Source: Octopus bimaculoides
Taxonomy: Eukaryota
NCBI RefSeq assembly: GCF_001194135.2
Contig: NC_068981.1
Coordinates: forward strand, 99,437,319 to 99,501,318
Direction of reading: 5' to 3'
DNA length: 64,000 nt
The position numbers were made by a program, and so were the translations under genes. Shown one piece after another: positions 40,303-54,806 of the stretch; positions within the stretch are counted from its first letter, which is position 1, and every line of letters starts with the position of its first letter. The notes under the pieces are model-generated. The model saw nothing but the letters and a program-made list of their open reading frames with translations, was not told where the DNA came from and did no database searches.

Positions 40303-40934
40303 GAATCTTCTGCTTTTGACTCCCGCTAAAGACAAGACACGTTCAAAACACGCCATGTTCGAACGAGCTCTTTCTCTCGCTTTTATACTCAGACTATTCT
40401 CTCCTACTCATCTCTCCCCCTTCGCTTTAATTTGTTATATTTGCCTCATACTCTCCTCTTCCAACTTTTCCTTTTCCCTCTCACTATCCATCTCTACTAT
40501 CCCTACTCCGACAGCTCCTACCCTCACTCTTTAACTTTCAGTATTCTCGCTTTAAACTTTTCTTTGGCAAATAGATTATGTAACGGACTCCTTTCTTCCA
40601 TCTCTTCTCCCATTTCCTTCGTTTTCACTTCCTTTATCTTTCTTTCCTCTATTTCAGTCTTCTTCCTTTTCCCTATACTCTCTCCTTTTTATTTCTTTTT
40701 ATATTGTTTTTCTTTTCTTTTCATCTCAGGCAATGAATCCTCGCTTTGTTTCTATAGTGTACTTCCTTTCTTCCTTCTCTTCCCCTATTTTTCTTTTCTC
40801 TTTTCACAATGCTGTCTCCGTTTTCCTCTCTCGCTTATCTTGGTAATAAACTATTAATTTGTCATCAATTTTTCTCTCACTCTTTATTTCCTCCCCTTCT
40901 TTAAGTGTCTGTTAATATAAACGTAATGTGATCA

Positions 40935-40948
40935 GTAACCATGGAAAC
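40935..40948. promoter_or_regulatory. RFX X-box motif (GTAACC AT GGAAAC) between the divergent DUSP and TTLL9 genes
   Basis: Exact fit to GTHNYY-AT-RRNAAC, 633 bp upstream of the DUSP ATG in CpG-retaining sequence. Confidence 0.55.
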
Positions 40949-41699
40949 GACAGCAACAAAGTATATAGTGTTTACAATCTACACATTGACCATGGTTTAT
41001 TAGCTGTATGATATTTATTGACTAGTTAAGAAGAGTTTATCACGGCCTAGATCTCTTAAGTGTAATACTGCGGCCCTCGTCGAGCGGACTTAACATCAAG
41101 AGCATTTCAGCCACGCCCCTCTCGTCTTTGTTTACACTGAGGCCTGCAAAGCAATGCAAATTTTAATTTTAAACCTAGGTAATCCTGAGATTGGCATCAC
41201 TCATAACCTTTGTAAGGCATCCCAGGCTGGTTTGAATATCTGTGTCAACGGCTGCAGGAAAAATAGAATAAAATAAAATGTAAAAAAACGTGGATGAGGA
41301 AACAATTCTAGATGGCTGTGGCAGGTATGGAAATGGTTACACGACAGATTTCATTACTCTGTGGGAAGAAGTGGAATCGATCTTTAAACATTTATGAAAA
41401 ATAGTGGCTTTATATTTGCTATTTACTGCAAAAACAGAACTCAGTAAAACCGGTCAGTGAAATTTGCACAGCAGTTCAAGCGCAGACAAGTAGAATAATT
41501 AATAAATTCATAGTAAATTCACGGTGTTTTTGGTTAATTTGAAACGTAAGTTATACCCGTTAACTTGATAAATCCTGTCAGCGCATGTACTGTTATGCAA
41601 ATTTGACTAACCGGTTGAGATGAGTTCTAATTTGTATACAGTGTAAAATAGATGCTTGTTTGCTTCACGCTCTTGTTTGATGGGGCTGGAGTCCTCCCA

Positions 41700-41950
41700 G
41701 GTTAGTGGTCCCAGAGGCGTCATCATGCATAGGGCCGACCTGGTCCACCAGTGCTCTCCCATCGCTGGCGGTTTCGTGGCAGCCCCTCTGCATCTTCCAA
41801 GGTGACGTCGAGCCTCAGGAGATCTTCTACAATGACGTCCAGCCCTCTGGTGAGGAGCCTACCACGAAGCTTCTTCCAGCCTACAGCTGCTGCGTCGAAT
41901 GAAAATAAAGCGGGAGACAGAGGTCATGTCTGTATCAGCGCATGCGATGG
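41700..41950. repeat. Interspersed repeat copy, CpG-intact; paralog of 13145-13400
   Basis: ttagtggtcccagaggcg...ccaaggtgacgtcgagcc...gagatcttct. Confidence 0.8.
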
Positions 41951-43365
41951 GAAGCTATGAGGTATGAAGTAGATATAAACTACTAATTTCTCTGTAGACA
42001 AAAGATGGGCATTCTTTCTCCGATGAAAGACTAAGAAGACTAGAAACTGTCAGATCTATCTAACTTTTTCTGCCATCAGGTCAAAAACCAACCAGTGGTG
42101 GTTTACTTCTCGCGACGAGACTAAAACCGGGATCTTTTCGTTTTGACACATAGGAGGCCTGATTGTATAGATGTTTTATATGCCAATTGAGAATATCACA
42201 ATTTTATTTATTTATATATTTATTTATTGGCAATTAATAACAAAAAAAGTTACGAGCCTTAAATTCATTAAGTCAGCTATAGTTATAAGGGAAATATAGA
42301 CTTACAAATTTTTAATTCCGACTCCCAAATACTACAAAAACAAGCAAAATCTAAATGTAATTGTAGAGATACGACTAGGTGTTCTTTGAAGGGAAATTGT
42401 CAAAAATATAGTATACAGAACAGGTATAAAATCAGCTAACTGTACAGTAAAAACGTACATCGGAAGTTACAGGATGTTGCACAAGCACATGGCTCTGAGA
42501 GCACTGCTTTTTAAAAGAGAAACAGCCGAAAGCTAATGGAGCCGGTTATGTCATTCACTAATGGATATTACGATCTGTACTCTCTTAATGCTTTACTTTA
42601 AAGCATGAGTATAACAACTGATTATTAGTATCACTATGCCTAAGCGAAATAATGTTTTGTGTGTGTGTGTGCGTGCGTGCGCGCGCATGTATATTTCTCT
42701 TATACACACGCACACACACAGACAGACAGATTCGCGCACACATTCACACACACACACACATATAAAGAGACAAAGAGACAGACCGCGCGCGCACACAGAC
42801 AAATTATATAAACCTTCCTGTTGATAATATGCACAGTAAAAAAAGTACACGTACTCGTAAAAAAGAAAGGTTGGATCTAAATGTATTTATTGAAACTAAC
42901 GCTAAAATAAATGGTGGAATTGCACGGTTATTATAAAAACTATAACGTTGTTGGAAGTTTGTAGTGAAACATGAACTATAATACCGCTTTTGAAATAGTT
43001 TTTCTGACGCGTTTGATTCTTGAGAAGGTATAGATACACTTATGTAATACTGGATGTGGAGTTTTAGGAGATAACATCTTTGAAATCTATATTTTTTGTT
43101 AGACGTTCGTTACTTCTATGTTGAGAGTTGTAATTTAATACCTTTATCTTTCCGACAAGAAGTGAATGCTCCGAAGATAACACTGTCTATATTGTCCAAA
43201 AACTTGAGTTACTACATCTGCATGGGTACACATATGTGTATATGTGTGAGTGTGTGTGTGTATTCACATACATATACACATATGTGTATGCGCCTAGATG
43301 TAGTGATCAGTTTTGGGGCAATATTGACAATGCTTTTCTAGAGCGCGTTCATTTCTTGACATGTG

Positions 43366-43397
<32 letters not shown>

Positions 43398-44262
43398 TAT
43401 TCTATTTTTTAATTATTATAAATCTTCCACTGAGGAGGGAGCCGGTTTCCAACAAAGATACAAGGCTCCGTCTTTGAGATGTAGTTTACACAGACAAATT
43501 CACGTTTGGAACTTGAGAAAAGTCTTGCATATTTTTACTGTTCCACTCACAGATTGCACTTGTAATGTACGAATTAGCTAGTCGATTTCTCTTTCTGAAA
43601 ATCCCAGTTTATCCAGATTCTCCTCCAAGCATTTACCAACAAAACCAAGTGCTCCAATTATTATTGGTATGAATATGAATTTATAGTCTGGATATAGAAG
43701 CTGGAAGTTTATAAACTTTATACAATATCATAACCTCTACTATTGAAATAATAATATATAGGAGTTGAACGATATGTTATGGAACTGAGCCTTACAATTA
43801 TTTGGATATATTTTTTCTGGTGCATAAATACTTATCATCTCTCTCTTTCTCTCCTCTGTGTGTGTGTGTGCGTGCGCGTGCGCATGTGTAATCCAAATAA
43901 TAAGACAAAGAAATACTTCAACACATCTTTAATGATCAGTTCCAATTGATTCTGTACCAAATCTGCTTGCAACGCCAGTTTAAGCAACAATTCGAAGCGA
44001 AAATTTACGTAATGTTTGCAGTTTTAGACATTAAAGTGGCATTTCATCAGACTTGCATCAAAGGTGGGCTCTTACATTGTGCCAATGTAAGAGCGCACCT
44101 TTTGATGCAAGCCTTCACTAAATCCACACGATGGTTTCACCGTCATGAAACAAGGATTTTCTACACTTAAAGAATTTCGGTGTTAGTCTGAGTTTTGATT
44201 GCTCAGAACTCGGGTTGAGTGTTTCATTGGAAATACCCTATCTTTAAATCCTGCTAGGACCT

Positions 44263-44302
<40 letters not shown>

Positions 44303-45054
44303 AAACGTGTCTCCTCTCCCCTTAAAAACGAACTGCATGAAACTAGAGCTTTCTGTCTTTGTGTAAATACTTTGTCTCACCATCACATAATATCTCTTCA
44401 ACATAGCTAAATCTTCACCACAAGTCTAGTTCTCCACTTCAAAGCCAAAAACTACGACCAACCCTTTACAAATCCTAAATGAAACCCATAATGGAATACT
44501 ATTTCCGCAGCTGGGATGGTGCTGTTATTACACATGCATACATCCTACACTGCATTTAAATAAAAATCCCTCGAATGATCGACATGAAGTTGCTCACCAA
44601 CACACTCCAACTCTGTTCCACTTTTCCTATTCTATTAACTCCACTTACAATAAAATTCTTCTCAACAGTGATGGCTGCTCTCGTGTCACCTTTAAACTCT
44701 GTCACCTTTAAACTCATTTTTTCTTCCCTTCTCGTGACTTATAATACCCACATTCTAGGTCCTACACTGACTACTTCACCCAGGCTTTCTTCCCAGAATG
44801 TCAGTCCTCTAGAATTCTTCTATCCTGTCTGTTTTTCCTTACATTGTCATCTTGCATCTTTTTTTTGAAGAGAAACATTAACTGGAGCCAAGAATTAACT
44901 GTTGTGGCAATTGTATCAAGGTAAGAGAATATTTCTATTACAAAAGTAGTGGCTCTCACCACAATGAGATTCAATCGATTTTAAAGAAACCAACCCTTTG
45001 AGATTAAATAGTCATAATATGCCGTTTTTCCCTCTCACATATTATCTACGTCTG

Positions 45055-46896
45055 TAAGAAGACCGGAGGTTGAGGAGGGGTAGTAGTTTTGCTCCGAAAA
45101 AGCTTGGCTCTGCTGACAAATACAATCTTTGTAGACCCAGAAGGTGGGCTGGTCGTTCTAGACTTGAAGTACAGAGATTAGGCTTTCAGATTAGTTGGCA
45201 TTTATGCGCCGAGTCTTAAAAGCAAACAGACTGATTTCTATCGACGCCTGTAGAACTTTCTCGTGACGTCGAAGACATTAGTGGCGTTAGATTTTAACAC
45301 TATACTGGATGCACGCCAGGATTGTGCTGGCTCAATTAATAGGAAGGAAAACATGCACCTCATCGATCTGCTTGAGCGGTTTCAGCTGGCAGATCGTTAC
45401 AGACTTGATCACCCTAGCGTCCCAGTGTGAACCTGGAGTAATGGCGACGAGTCGTTCAGGTCTCATATAGATAGAATAACAGTTCGTACTAGAGATAAGT
45501 CTAGTTTTAGTTGTCCTCAGTTTGTTCTGGTCTCCTACACGGATCACAAGCTAGTGATGTGTAGGGTGAACATAAATAGAATACATAGATAGGGATCTGG
45601 CTAGTGGAAGCTAAACAAGACTATTTTGTCTTATGTGGCATACCGCAGTCAGATTAAGGAGGCACATGTTAAATGACAGGTGGTGATTTGCCCTCAAACG
45701 AGCCATTCGACTTGAGTCAATTAGATTTAGCCAACAGCTAAGTTTAGAGTAGAAGGGAATCTAGTCAAGGATTTAGAAGAGGCGTTAAGGTTGGGCTCTG
45801 CATCCCAAGTTTTGACAGCGAGATCGGCCTTGGACAGACACCTCAAAATCAAACACGAGGGATGCAGAGTTCGGGTTAAAGTACGTGCATTGGACCGCGA
45901 AGGAATTAACGTTGCCGGGTGAGCCCGTACAGTAGAGACCCAGCGTGGCAATGATGCCGCAATTGGATTTTTGGTCGATGAACAGGAACGTTTGATTGAA
46001 GGACAAGATGAGATGTGTGAGGTCTCTTACATTGCCGAGTTGTTCGGGAGGAGTGAGGCGCTGGACCATGGTGAGCCCCTTCGGGACTTCCTGATTGGTG
46101 GTCCGCGTCTCTGGGCACGAGAGGCTGAGTGCTGTGAGGGACCGATCACGGCTAAAGAGGTTATAGAGGTACTGTCCGAGTGCCCCCCGGGACAAGTCGC
46201 GGGTATTTGATGGACAACCCTACGAGTTTCTCAAAAGTATGCCAGACTTGTTCGGGCACCTACTGGCCAGCGTCTATGCCAAATGGCAGCAGAATGGGAG
46301 AATTCTGAAGGCTGCGAGCCGGTGGGTGGTGACGTTGATCAGAAAGGATCTGAGCAAGGGGAACATTATTGATAACTTTAGGCCCATAACTCTGTGAAAC
46401 ACACAGTTAAAGATATTGGCACGGGTCGTGGGCAGCCTTGTTGGGGAAGCGCAAACATGCGCCATCCCAGGCAGGACGATACACGACAATCTCCACCTCA
46501 TACACTACACCTTAGAGCGGGTGGGTAAAATATCTGGCAAAGGTGGGGACCTGGTACATTTAGACTAGTCTAAAGCGTTCGATAGGGTTGACCATCGGTA
46601 CCTGGCGGCGGTTCTCGGAGTGGCCGGTCTAGACCCAACTTTCTGAGGCTGGATCGCTGCTTTGTACAGCAACATCGAGTCTGCCGTCCGGGTGAACGGT
46701 TTCTTTTCGAAACCGTTCGACATTAAGCGTTCTGTTCGCCAGGGATGGCCCCTGTCTCCGCTTTTGTATGTGTTGGCTCTTGAGCCATTGCTGCGAAGGA
46801 TGGAGGCATCTTGCGTGATCTGAGTTGTGCAAGAACTGCGACCGCGTATGCGGATGACATCACCATCATCGTGTCAGATGAAAGGCAGCTACCTTG
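45055..46896 (+). mobile_element. Tx1/L1-clade LINE ORF2 fragment (APE endonuclease + RT up to YADD), with many stops
   Basis: FRLVGIYAP, DFNTILD, DHKLV, WKLN-like, FRPITL, IPGRTIHDNL, SKAFDRVDH, RQGWPLSPLLYVLALEPL and AYADDITI in collinear order. Confidence 0.9.
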
Positions 46897-47395
46897 TGTA
46901 GAAAAGTTACGAATGAACGGAAATGACTAAGTGCAGCCATCTAACGACAAAAGGGGATACGTCAGATAATGGCGGTGGGTCAATTAACCCGGTGATGTAT
47001 AAAATATGGAATTTTTAATTATTATCTCGATTTCTGTAAAAGTTTTAAAATTTTCATTCGATTTCATTACATTTGTCATTTCATTATAATCACACTGTGT
47101 ATGTTCGCTTGTCTGTCTTTGTGGTGTCTCCACTGTGTTGGGCCCTGTGTGGCCAATAAAAGAAACTGAGATGAGAAATCGCAGGAAGTCGAAAGGTGTC
47201 GTTCGTAGAGTCACAGGAAATAGTTGAAAAGTTGTTATAGTTCGTTGAGTTGTTTTGGATTGGTTACAGTTGTTGGCAGAGTATTTGGGAATACATCAAA
47301 TGGAGACAGCTGGTGTCTACCCCATACCGTGGTATTATATATGACACTGTATTAGTGAACGACAATAAGGTAACATATATAGAAACCACGTTATA
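46897..47395 (+). mobile_element. Putative 5' LTR of the Gypsy element
   Basis: Non-coding block starting TG right after the LINE RT breaks off and ending just before the PBS. No second LTR is present, so the boundaries are approximate. Confidence 0.6.
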
Positions 47396-47399
47396 AAAG

Positions 47400-49560
47400 T
47401 GGCGACGAGTGATTCGAAGGTTACGTTGGTCATTAACAATTTTTTATGATACAAAAAATTCGTTAGTTATGGGAGACCTACTAGCTGACGTATTACAGTT
47501 GCAGGAGTTGCACCAACAACTACAACACAATCAGTTCTGGAACTGATGTTGAGGTGGTCGGGAAACACTTCAAGTTCGTTTTCTCCAGATGGCTTAGCGA
47601 ATGTTATAACTGAATTTAGTTATAACCCAGAAGAAGGTATAACCTTTTCGGTGTACTTCAGTAGATACGAAGAAATATTCAAGGAAGAATGCAAGTGTTG
47701 GACAGACGATGAAAAAGTGAGACTACTGTTACGGAAACTAGGTCCTTCAGAACATGAAAAATACTGCAATTTTGTCTTACCTAAAAAAAAAAAAAAAAAA
47801 AAAAAACATGTTTCGAGGAAACAATTGAATTGCTATCCAAAATGTTCAGCGATAAGAGTTCCCTGATTAACACTAGCTGGGAGTGTTGGAACCTAGTAAA
47901 AGAAGAGGACGAAGATTTTGTCATTTATGCCGGAATCGTAAATAAAATGTGCGAAAAATTTAAACTGAAGGAATTATCTCCGGATACGTTTAAATGCCTC
48001 GTCTTTGTGCAAGGTTTGATAGCAAACAAAGATGCAGAAATACGTGAACGGATTCTTACAAAACTAGAACATGAGGACCAGAATTTAATCCTCAGGCAGT
48101 AGCAGAGGGATGTCGAAGAATTATCAATTTGCGACAGGATGTAAAGAAGATTGAAGAAAAAATTTCTAAAGTACAGACATGTCAACCGGGAATAAATAAA
48201 GAAAAAGGAATGTCATGGCGAAGTTCATGCTATGGGTGTGGAGGTCTGTATTTTAAGAAAGACTGCCCATTTCAAACATGGAAATGTTTTAGCAGTCAAG
48301 AATAGGACATAAAAACTCGCACTGCACAGCGAAGCAAGAAAGGTTGGAAAAAAAATTCTTCCAAAAAGGTTTTTTCAATGGAAAGTCATGACGATACCCC
48401 AAAAAGAAAGTACGTGTATGCAAAAATAAACGACGCGAACGTGAAACTATAACTAGACATGGGTAGCGACATTACAATTTATTGATACCGACATGGGGAA
48501 GAAAATTGGTAAACCTACATTAAAGAAAACATCGAAAAGTGCACGAGGCGTTACAGGTGAAAGATTACACTTAGGCGAAATGGTAAGAGACATTACATTT
48601 CGTTATAAAACCAGTAAAACAAAAGTGTTTGTGTTAAAAAATGCAACAAACTTGTTCGGCACCGACTGGATGGAATTGTTTCATTGAATGTCTGAAAACG
48701 TGTCACTATCCGCTACCTACTCCGGAAGATATTTTTGTGAAGTTAAACGGGGACAAGTTATTTTCGAAACTGGATCTCTTCGATGCGTACCTGCAAATTA
48801 GAGGAGACGAGGAATGCTCAAAATGCCTAACAGTGAATACGCTTAAAGGACTATATAGATTTAACAGATTACCATTTGGTCTAAAGGTCACACCTGCAGT
48901 TTTACAACAGGTTATGGGTGCAATGTTTGCGGACTATGAATTCGCAGTTCCATACTTGGATGATATATTAATCAAAAGTGAATCTCGTGATCAGCATGTC
49001 GAGCATGTAAAAATGAAAAAATAAGAGATTACGGTTTCACACTGAGTGACGGAAAATGTGAATTTTCTTACCTAAAATTAAGTATTTAGGACAAATTATC
49101 GACAGGAACGGACGACGATCGAACCCGTCGAGGGCAGACGCAGTTAAAAAATATACCTTCTCCGGCAAGCTTTTCTAGGTCTAGCGAATTATTATCAAAA
49201 TTATATACCATATATGCATAAATTGAGGGCTCCACTTAATAATTTGCTAAAAAAGGATGTAAAGTGAAATTGGTCAAATAATTGTCAAAAGGCGTTTGAC
49301 GATATTAAAAAAATATTAGTATCGGATTTGTCGCTGGCTCATTTCGATCCTGCAGAGGAGTTTATAGCTTCTGACTCTTTTGAAGAAGGCGATGATTCAT
49401 GCCTCACGTTCTCTGAAAAACTACAGTCAAATAGAGAAAGAAGCTCTAGCAATCATTTTTGCTGTGAAGAAATTTCACAGATTTTTGCACGGTAGAAGTT
49501 TTTGGCACCAAACTGATCACCGACCATTAGTATCAATTTTGGGGTCGAAGAAAGGAATTA
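47400..49560 (+). mobile_element. Degenerate Ty3/Gypsy (Mag-like) internal region: PBS, gag, protease, RT, RNase H; integrase and 3' LTR missing
   Basis: PBS-like tggcgacgag at 47400-47409. gag YNPEEGITF...KVRLLLRKLG, CCHC remnants, protease LLLDMGSDIT, RT GLYRFNRLPFG and YLDDILI, RNase H NYSQIEKEALAIIFAVKKFH...TDHRPL. Confidence 0.93.
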
Positions 49561-49574
49561 TAATTATTTAAAGC

Positions 49575-49830
49575 TATATATTGCTAAGTCCACACTTACA
49601 GTTTGCATCTCCAGTCGGGAACCTCCATCTTGTATGTTGATCTACTGGAATCTGTTCAGAGAAATCTAGCCAAATACCTTCCATCAGTCTCTTAGCATAT
49701 CTACAACGTCTTGCTTCTCTGGGCATCGATACAATAAGGTTTCGATGTCTAGCAGTTGATTTTGTAGAAACCCTTGGTCACCTTTTTGAATTCAATATCT
49801 CTACCATCCATAGATATGCTTATAAAAATA
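49575..49830 (+). mobile_element. CR1-type LINE ORF2 C-terminal remnant
   Basis: Contains DLLESVQR, resembling the CR1 LESVQRRATK motif. Confidence 0.55.
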
Positions 49831-50665
49831 AATAGAAATAAAAATAAACAGCGCAAATTGTCGAGGCATGAAATAAATTACCCGCATCCTTCAAAAACCA
49901 TCCTTCTTGAGATTTGCTAATGCTACTCCTGACGTCTCATGCACCACTTCTTCTTTGTAGTTCAATCCCTCTTTTCTGTCTTTCTGTATTTTATACTGTG
50001 TACTATGCATACACTTTTGGCCATCATTGTTGCTTTTTGTCCCGCTTTTACTTTTGTCACAAGCGACCATATGATGTTTCATCTATACTGATATGATAGC
50101 TGCTTGAGTTAAAGAATGAAGATATGTTTCTATGCTGTATGAAGAAATAACTGAACAATACCTGCGAACATTTAATAGAAGAATTTATTGTCGCACATAA
50201 CAAACTGCGTTGCCATTTTCAGTTGACAACAGCAATAATTACAGACTGGGAGAGAGATACTGCTCTGAGATTATAGCAAGCTATTGGTATGGCAACATAC
50301 GGATTGTCCAACATATGTGAAAACAATTGTGCTCTCTTCGTGGCGACAGTTCTTGGTCATCTATCTTATCCTTCTGTTCTGGCCGTCTACCTAGGCCGTC
50401 TGGTTGCAAAAGTTCGCACCGAACGGTTTATATAGGGGACCAGAAGCCAAATCCTAGAATGTCCGAGAAAACCTTGTCCACGCCATTGCTTCATGCTGAT
50501 TGAGTCGATTAATAGACCAATCACGTGAAACTATGGTGGTTTGTTCGTGATGTATGACCTCATGTCCAGGGATTCGGTTTCGAATCGCCGCTACACTCTT
50601 TTCCGACGAGTTGTAGTGCACCTGAGCACTATATACAATCAGCTTATTACTATAGAAGAGATAGG

Positions 50666-50696
<31 letters not shown>

Positions 50697-53600
50697 AATA
50701 AGAGAAGAGTATTAATATCAGAAATATCTGAATAAAACGAGGTGCATTCATTAAAAAGTAATTATTTGCTGCCAACTCTGCGGTGGTTTGCAAATGATGT
50801 CTCTCAAACTGTCTTTGTTGTCATGCTCAGAAACTGAGAAGATGGTGAACTAGTGAGATTATCGATTGCGTGCGTGTTTTTACAGTTGCTCAGGTTGATA
50901 TATAGTCAAGCGTTGAGTAAGTGTAGATGTGAAAATTGAGTATAGCTAGACAGACGCGCATAACACTTTTGCAGATTGGATTAGCATCTGACGATAATTT
51001 AACAGAGATACCAGGGGATGAGGAGTGATAAAGTGAGTGAGTTTTGAGTAAAACAAGTACGGATTTTTTCATGTCAAAGTTCATAGACAGTTTCCAGAAA
51101 ATCTTCCAAGTTGAAAAAAACCTTCAATGCACTGTTACAATGATCTATTTCAGTATATTAGAGTATTGATCGGTTTAGTGATTCAGGACAAAACTGAACA
51201 GTTATCTGCAATTATTGGAACACAAAGGTTCTCGAATATAAATTCAATAAAACCTTGTTTAGATTGATATATAATAGTTACACTTTAATCAGAGTGGCAA
51301 TAATGTACAGAAAATAGCCCATTCCTTCCTTTGCTTGTTAACAAAGTGCATTGAAGGTGAAATAAAGTGAAATATTGTTTTCTTTAATATTGTACAAAAG
51401 TTACGATTTCTTGTCGTGAGCTTTCAAACTGACTATGCAAACGCCCACCTATTATTAGAAGTTATTGTATCGTTGAAGCAAAATAGTTGTCGTTACTATT
51501 CCCAATAACATTAATGATTCTGACCCCCTTTTGATAGATGGTGCCTTTTAATATTAAAAACGGACATTAGTAACTGCATACGATACTAATTAGACGGTTC
51601 TTATCCTGTCACCGACACTGCTGTGTTTATTGTAAAGATACCGTTTAAATAACTCATACCAACAAGTAATAAATATTAATTCCTTTTACTAATGGCACAA
51701 GGCCAAAAATTTTAAAGAAGCGGGATAGTCAACTGCATGTACTCTAGTGCTCAACTGGTACTTCTTTTATCGACCCGAAATGATGGAAGACACAATCGAC
51801 CTCGGCGGAATTTGAACTCAGAACGTAAAGCCGGAAGAAATGCTGCGGAACATTTTGTCCGGCGTGCTTACGATTCTGTAAGCTCGCCTCATGCAGTAAA
51901 TATTAATGGTAGATATTGAACTACAGACGAATGTTTTTATCTGACAGTTACTATTTAAAATTCTCTTATGAGCCTGGTGAAGCCAACGAGAACCCACTCC
52001 AGAGTATCTTTTCCAGAAGATGAAGTAAAATATTCAAACAAATGATTAATTGAAAAAAACAAAACAAAAAACAACAACAACAAAAACCCGTTATTACAAG
52101 ACAGGCGTTCAATCTCCGTTAAGAGAAAGACAAAAACAAACTTATTGCTATCGAGGGGAAATGGGCAAATAACATACTAAATTTATGAAATTTAAAGATC
52201 AAAAATATTGTTTTCTCACGAAAGTAAAAGGTTAACTGTCGCAGAAATAGTTGATTGAATAAATCTATGATCAGGACTTGTTTTATCGACAACGAGAAAT
52301 GAAAAAGCAGTCGGTCCAAGTTAATTTGAACTCAGAACATAACTAATAGACTTGACAACGCTGGTCATGCACTCCTAAGATGTACACGTGTTTATAATAG
52401 TAGAGGCGTCCAAGTGATTTGCTGACACCAATATTATAGAATTTAAAATGCAAGTGATATTTTTTTTTTGTTGAAAGGCATTACTTATAAAAAGAATATC
52501 CAACAACATCATGGTGAAAATATGCTTCACGCTTTGTTAAAGACCGCTTTACGGCAAAAAGTTTATTTGTTGATATAGCAACCAATGATGTCAAGGTAGG
52601 TAATTCCCAAACTTTACTGTGTTTATCTTTCGATACGCGAATAGGTAATATTATTTACGGAAACTAATGTACCACACAATCCAGTGGTGTAAGAGTAATG
52701 AGATACACTCCTCTGGTGAGTTGTGATGGTGGTTTCGTTTCGATTCTCAGATGTTGTCGTTACACATCACTTTTATTATTCTCCAAAGAAAGTGTGAAGG
52801 TGACATCTTATTTCCCTTACCTCCGTCACCAGTCAGATGGTGTTTGGTTGAGACTTGGGCCTAAATTAAAATCCCTCACGCAAAATCAGCTTCGTCTGTC
52901 ATCTCCCAGAGTTAGCAAAACAAGTACCTGCAAGAGGCGGGATCGAACAATTTCCTTATACACACACGCACAAACATAACACACGCACGCAATGGAAACA
53001 ATATTTCCTTTTAGGTTAGAAATAAGCGTAACTTCTGATTAACGTTGTTCATTAATGATGAAAATGCACAATCGACCTCGGCGAAATTTGAACTCAGAAC
53101 GTAAAGCCGGAAGAAATGCTGCGGAGCATTTTGTCCGGCGTGCTTACGATTCTGTAAGCTCGCCTCAAGCAGTAAATATTAATGGTAGATATTGAACTAG
53201 AGACGAATATTTTATATGATAGTTACTATTTAAAATTCTATTATGAGCCTAGAGAAGCCAACGAGAACTCACTCCAGAGTATCTTTTCCAGAAGGTGAAG
53301 TAAAGTTAGAGAGAAAAAGTTCGTTCGATTTTGGATAACGTTTCTTCTTTGAGGCTATCCGGCTTAACATGAACACTTGACACCTTAGGTGCCTTTAGTG
53401 GACGTCACTATGTTGTATCATTCAGCCCAGTTCTTCGGTTTGAGGATAACTTCCTGCCCTCACCCCATTAGTTTTGTAGGCTATATAATTATGAGTTCGG
53501 CTTTCTCACCTGAATGGATGGCAGGGGCATAACTATAGTTTGTTGCCCATCTCTATTTTATTTTTTCAACCTTTTTTAAAATGTATATTTTTAAACAAAA

Positions 53601-54042
53601 ATTTAGTTTTCAGTAATGTCGGTAAAATTAGGTGGTGGTGGTGGAAAGTTTTTATCGGTGGTATTTCGACTCACCTCCCTCTCTTTTTGGATGAATTTTT
53701 GTGGAGATGCGTTCCTGGAGGTAATTCACAACTCCGACGAAAAAAAAAAAAAGAAAAAAGTTTTATTAATATAATCGTGAAAAATGTACGTCTGTATTCT
53801 ATTTAAAAATACACATTTTAAAGAAAGTTATGAAGAAATAATGTCGGCGATGTACCGAACTGTAGTTGTGCCGGTATATTAAACAAAATTTCTTTTATAT
53901 GTTTTGGTCATTAGAATACGGGCCACAACCTCGATGGGCTTATTTCAATCTGGTACTTATTCTATTAGTTTTTTTTTTTTTTTACTGAACCACTAGGTTA
54001 CAAGATAAAAACAAACCAATAAAGTTTTTATTTCTTTATTGC

Positions 54043-54258
54043 CCATAAACACAGAGGGGCTAAAGATAGAGGGGACAGACAAAGGGATTAAGTCGATCAC
54101 ATCGGCTCCAGTGCGTAACTGGTACTTATTTAATCGACCCCGAAAGGATGAAAGGCAAAGTCGACCTCGGCGGAATTTGAACTCAGAACGTAACGACAGA
54201 CGAAATACCGCTAAACATTTCGCTCGGCGCGCTAACGATTCTGTTAGCTCACCGCCCT
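54043..54258 (-). mobile_element. SINE family A, CpG-intact copy
   Basis: ccccgaaaggatgaaaggcaaagtcgacctcggcggaatttgaactcagaacg. Confidence 0.9.
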
Positions 54259-54806
54259 ACAAACCAATACAAGTTGTCAAGCAGTTAGAGAACACACATA
54301 CACAATATATGCAAATATATTACATAGGCACAAACAGATGTATACGGCTGTCCAAGGAAATTTCATAAGTCACATTTGTATAGTAAGTAGTTGAATGGAT
54401 ATAAACCCTTCCCCACTCTATCTCGCCCTTACAACCTTACCTTTTCACATTTCCACACAAACCGACAGGAGACGGTTCTTGCCAAAGCAATGACTAAAAA
54501 AAAAAAAAGGATCAGTCTAAGGGGCATAACTCATATAGGGTTAAAAGCTAACCTTACTTTTTGAATGTTTTTCATTCCCTTTTGTTTTTTGTTCCGGATG
54601 TGGTGTTTGAGACTGCCTGTGCAAAAGAACCGAAGTGATACTTGTCCGATCAGCGAAGTCTGACAAATATTAAATTATTCTTCCATTCTAGGAAGAATTT
54701 TGTTTTGTATGAAACCGCCCGGAGGAAAAACAAAATTGCGATTATGAATGCTGTATAACATACATACATACATACATACATATGTGTGTGTGTGTATGTA
54801 TGTATG

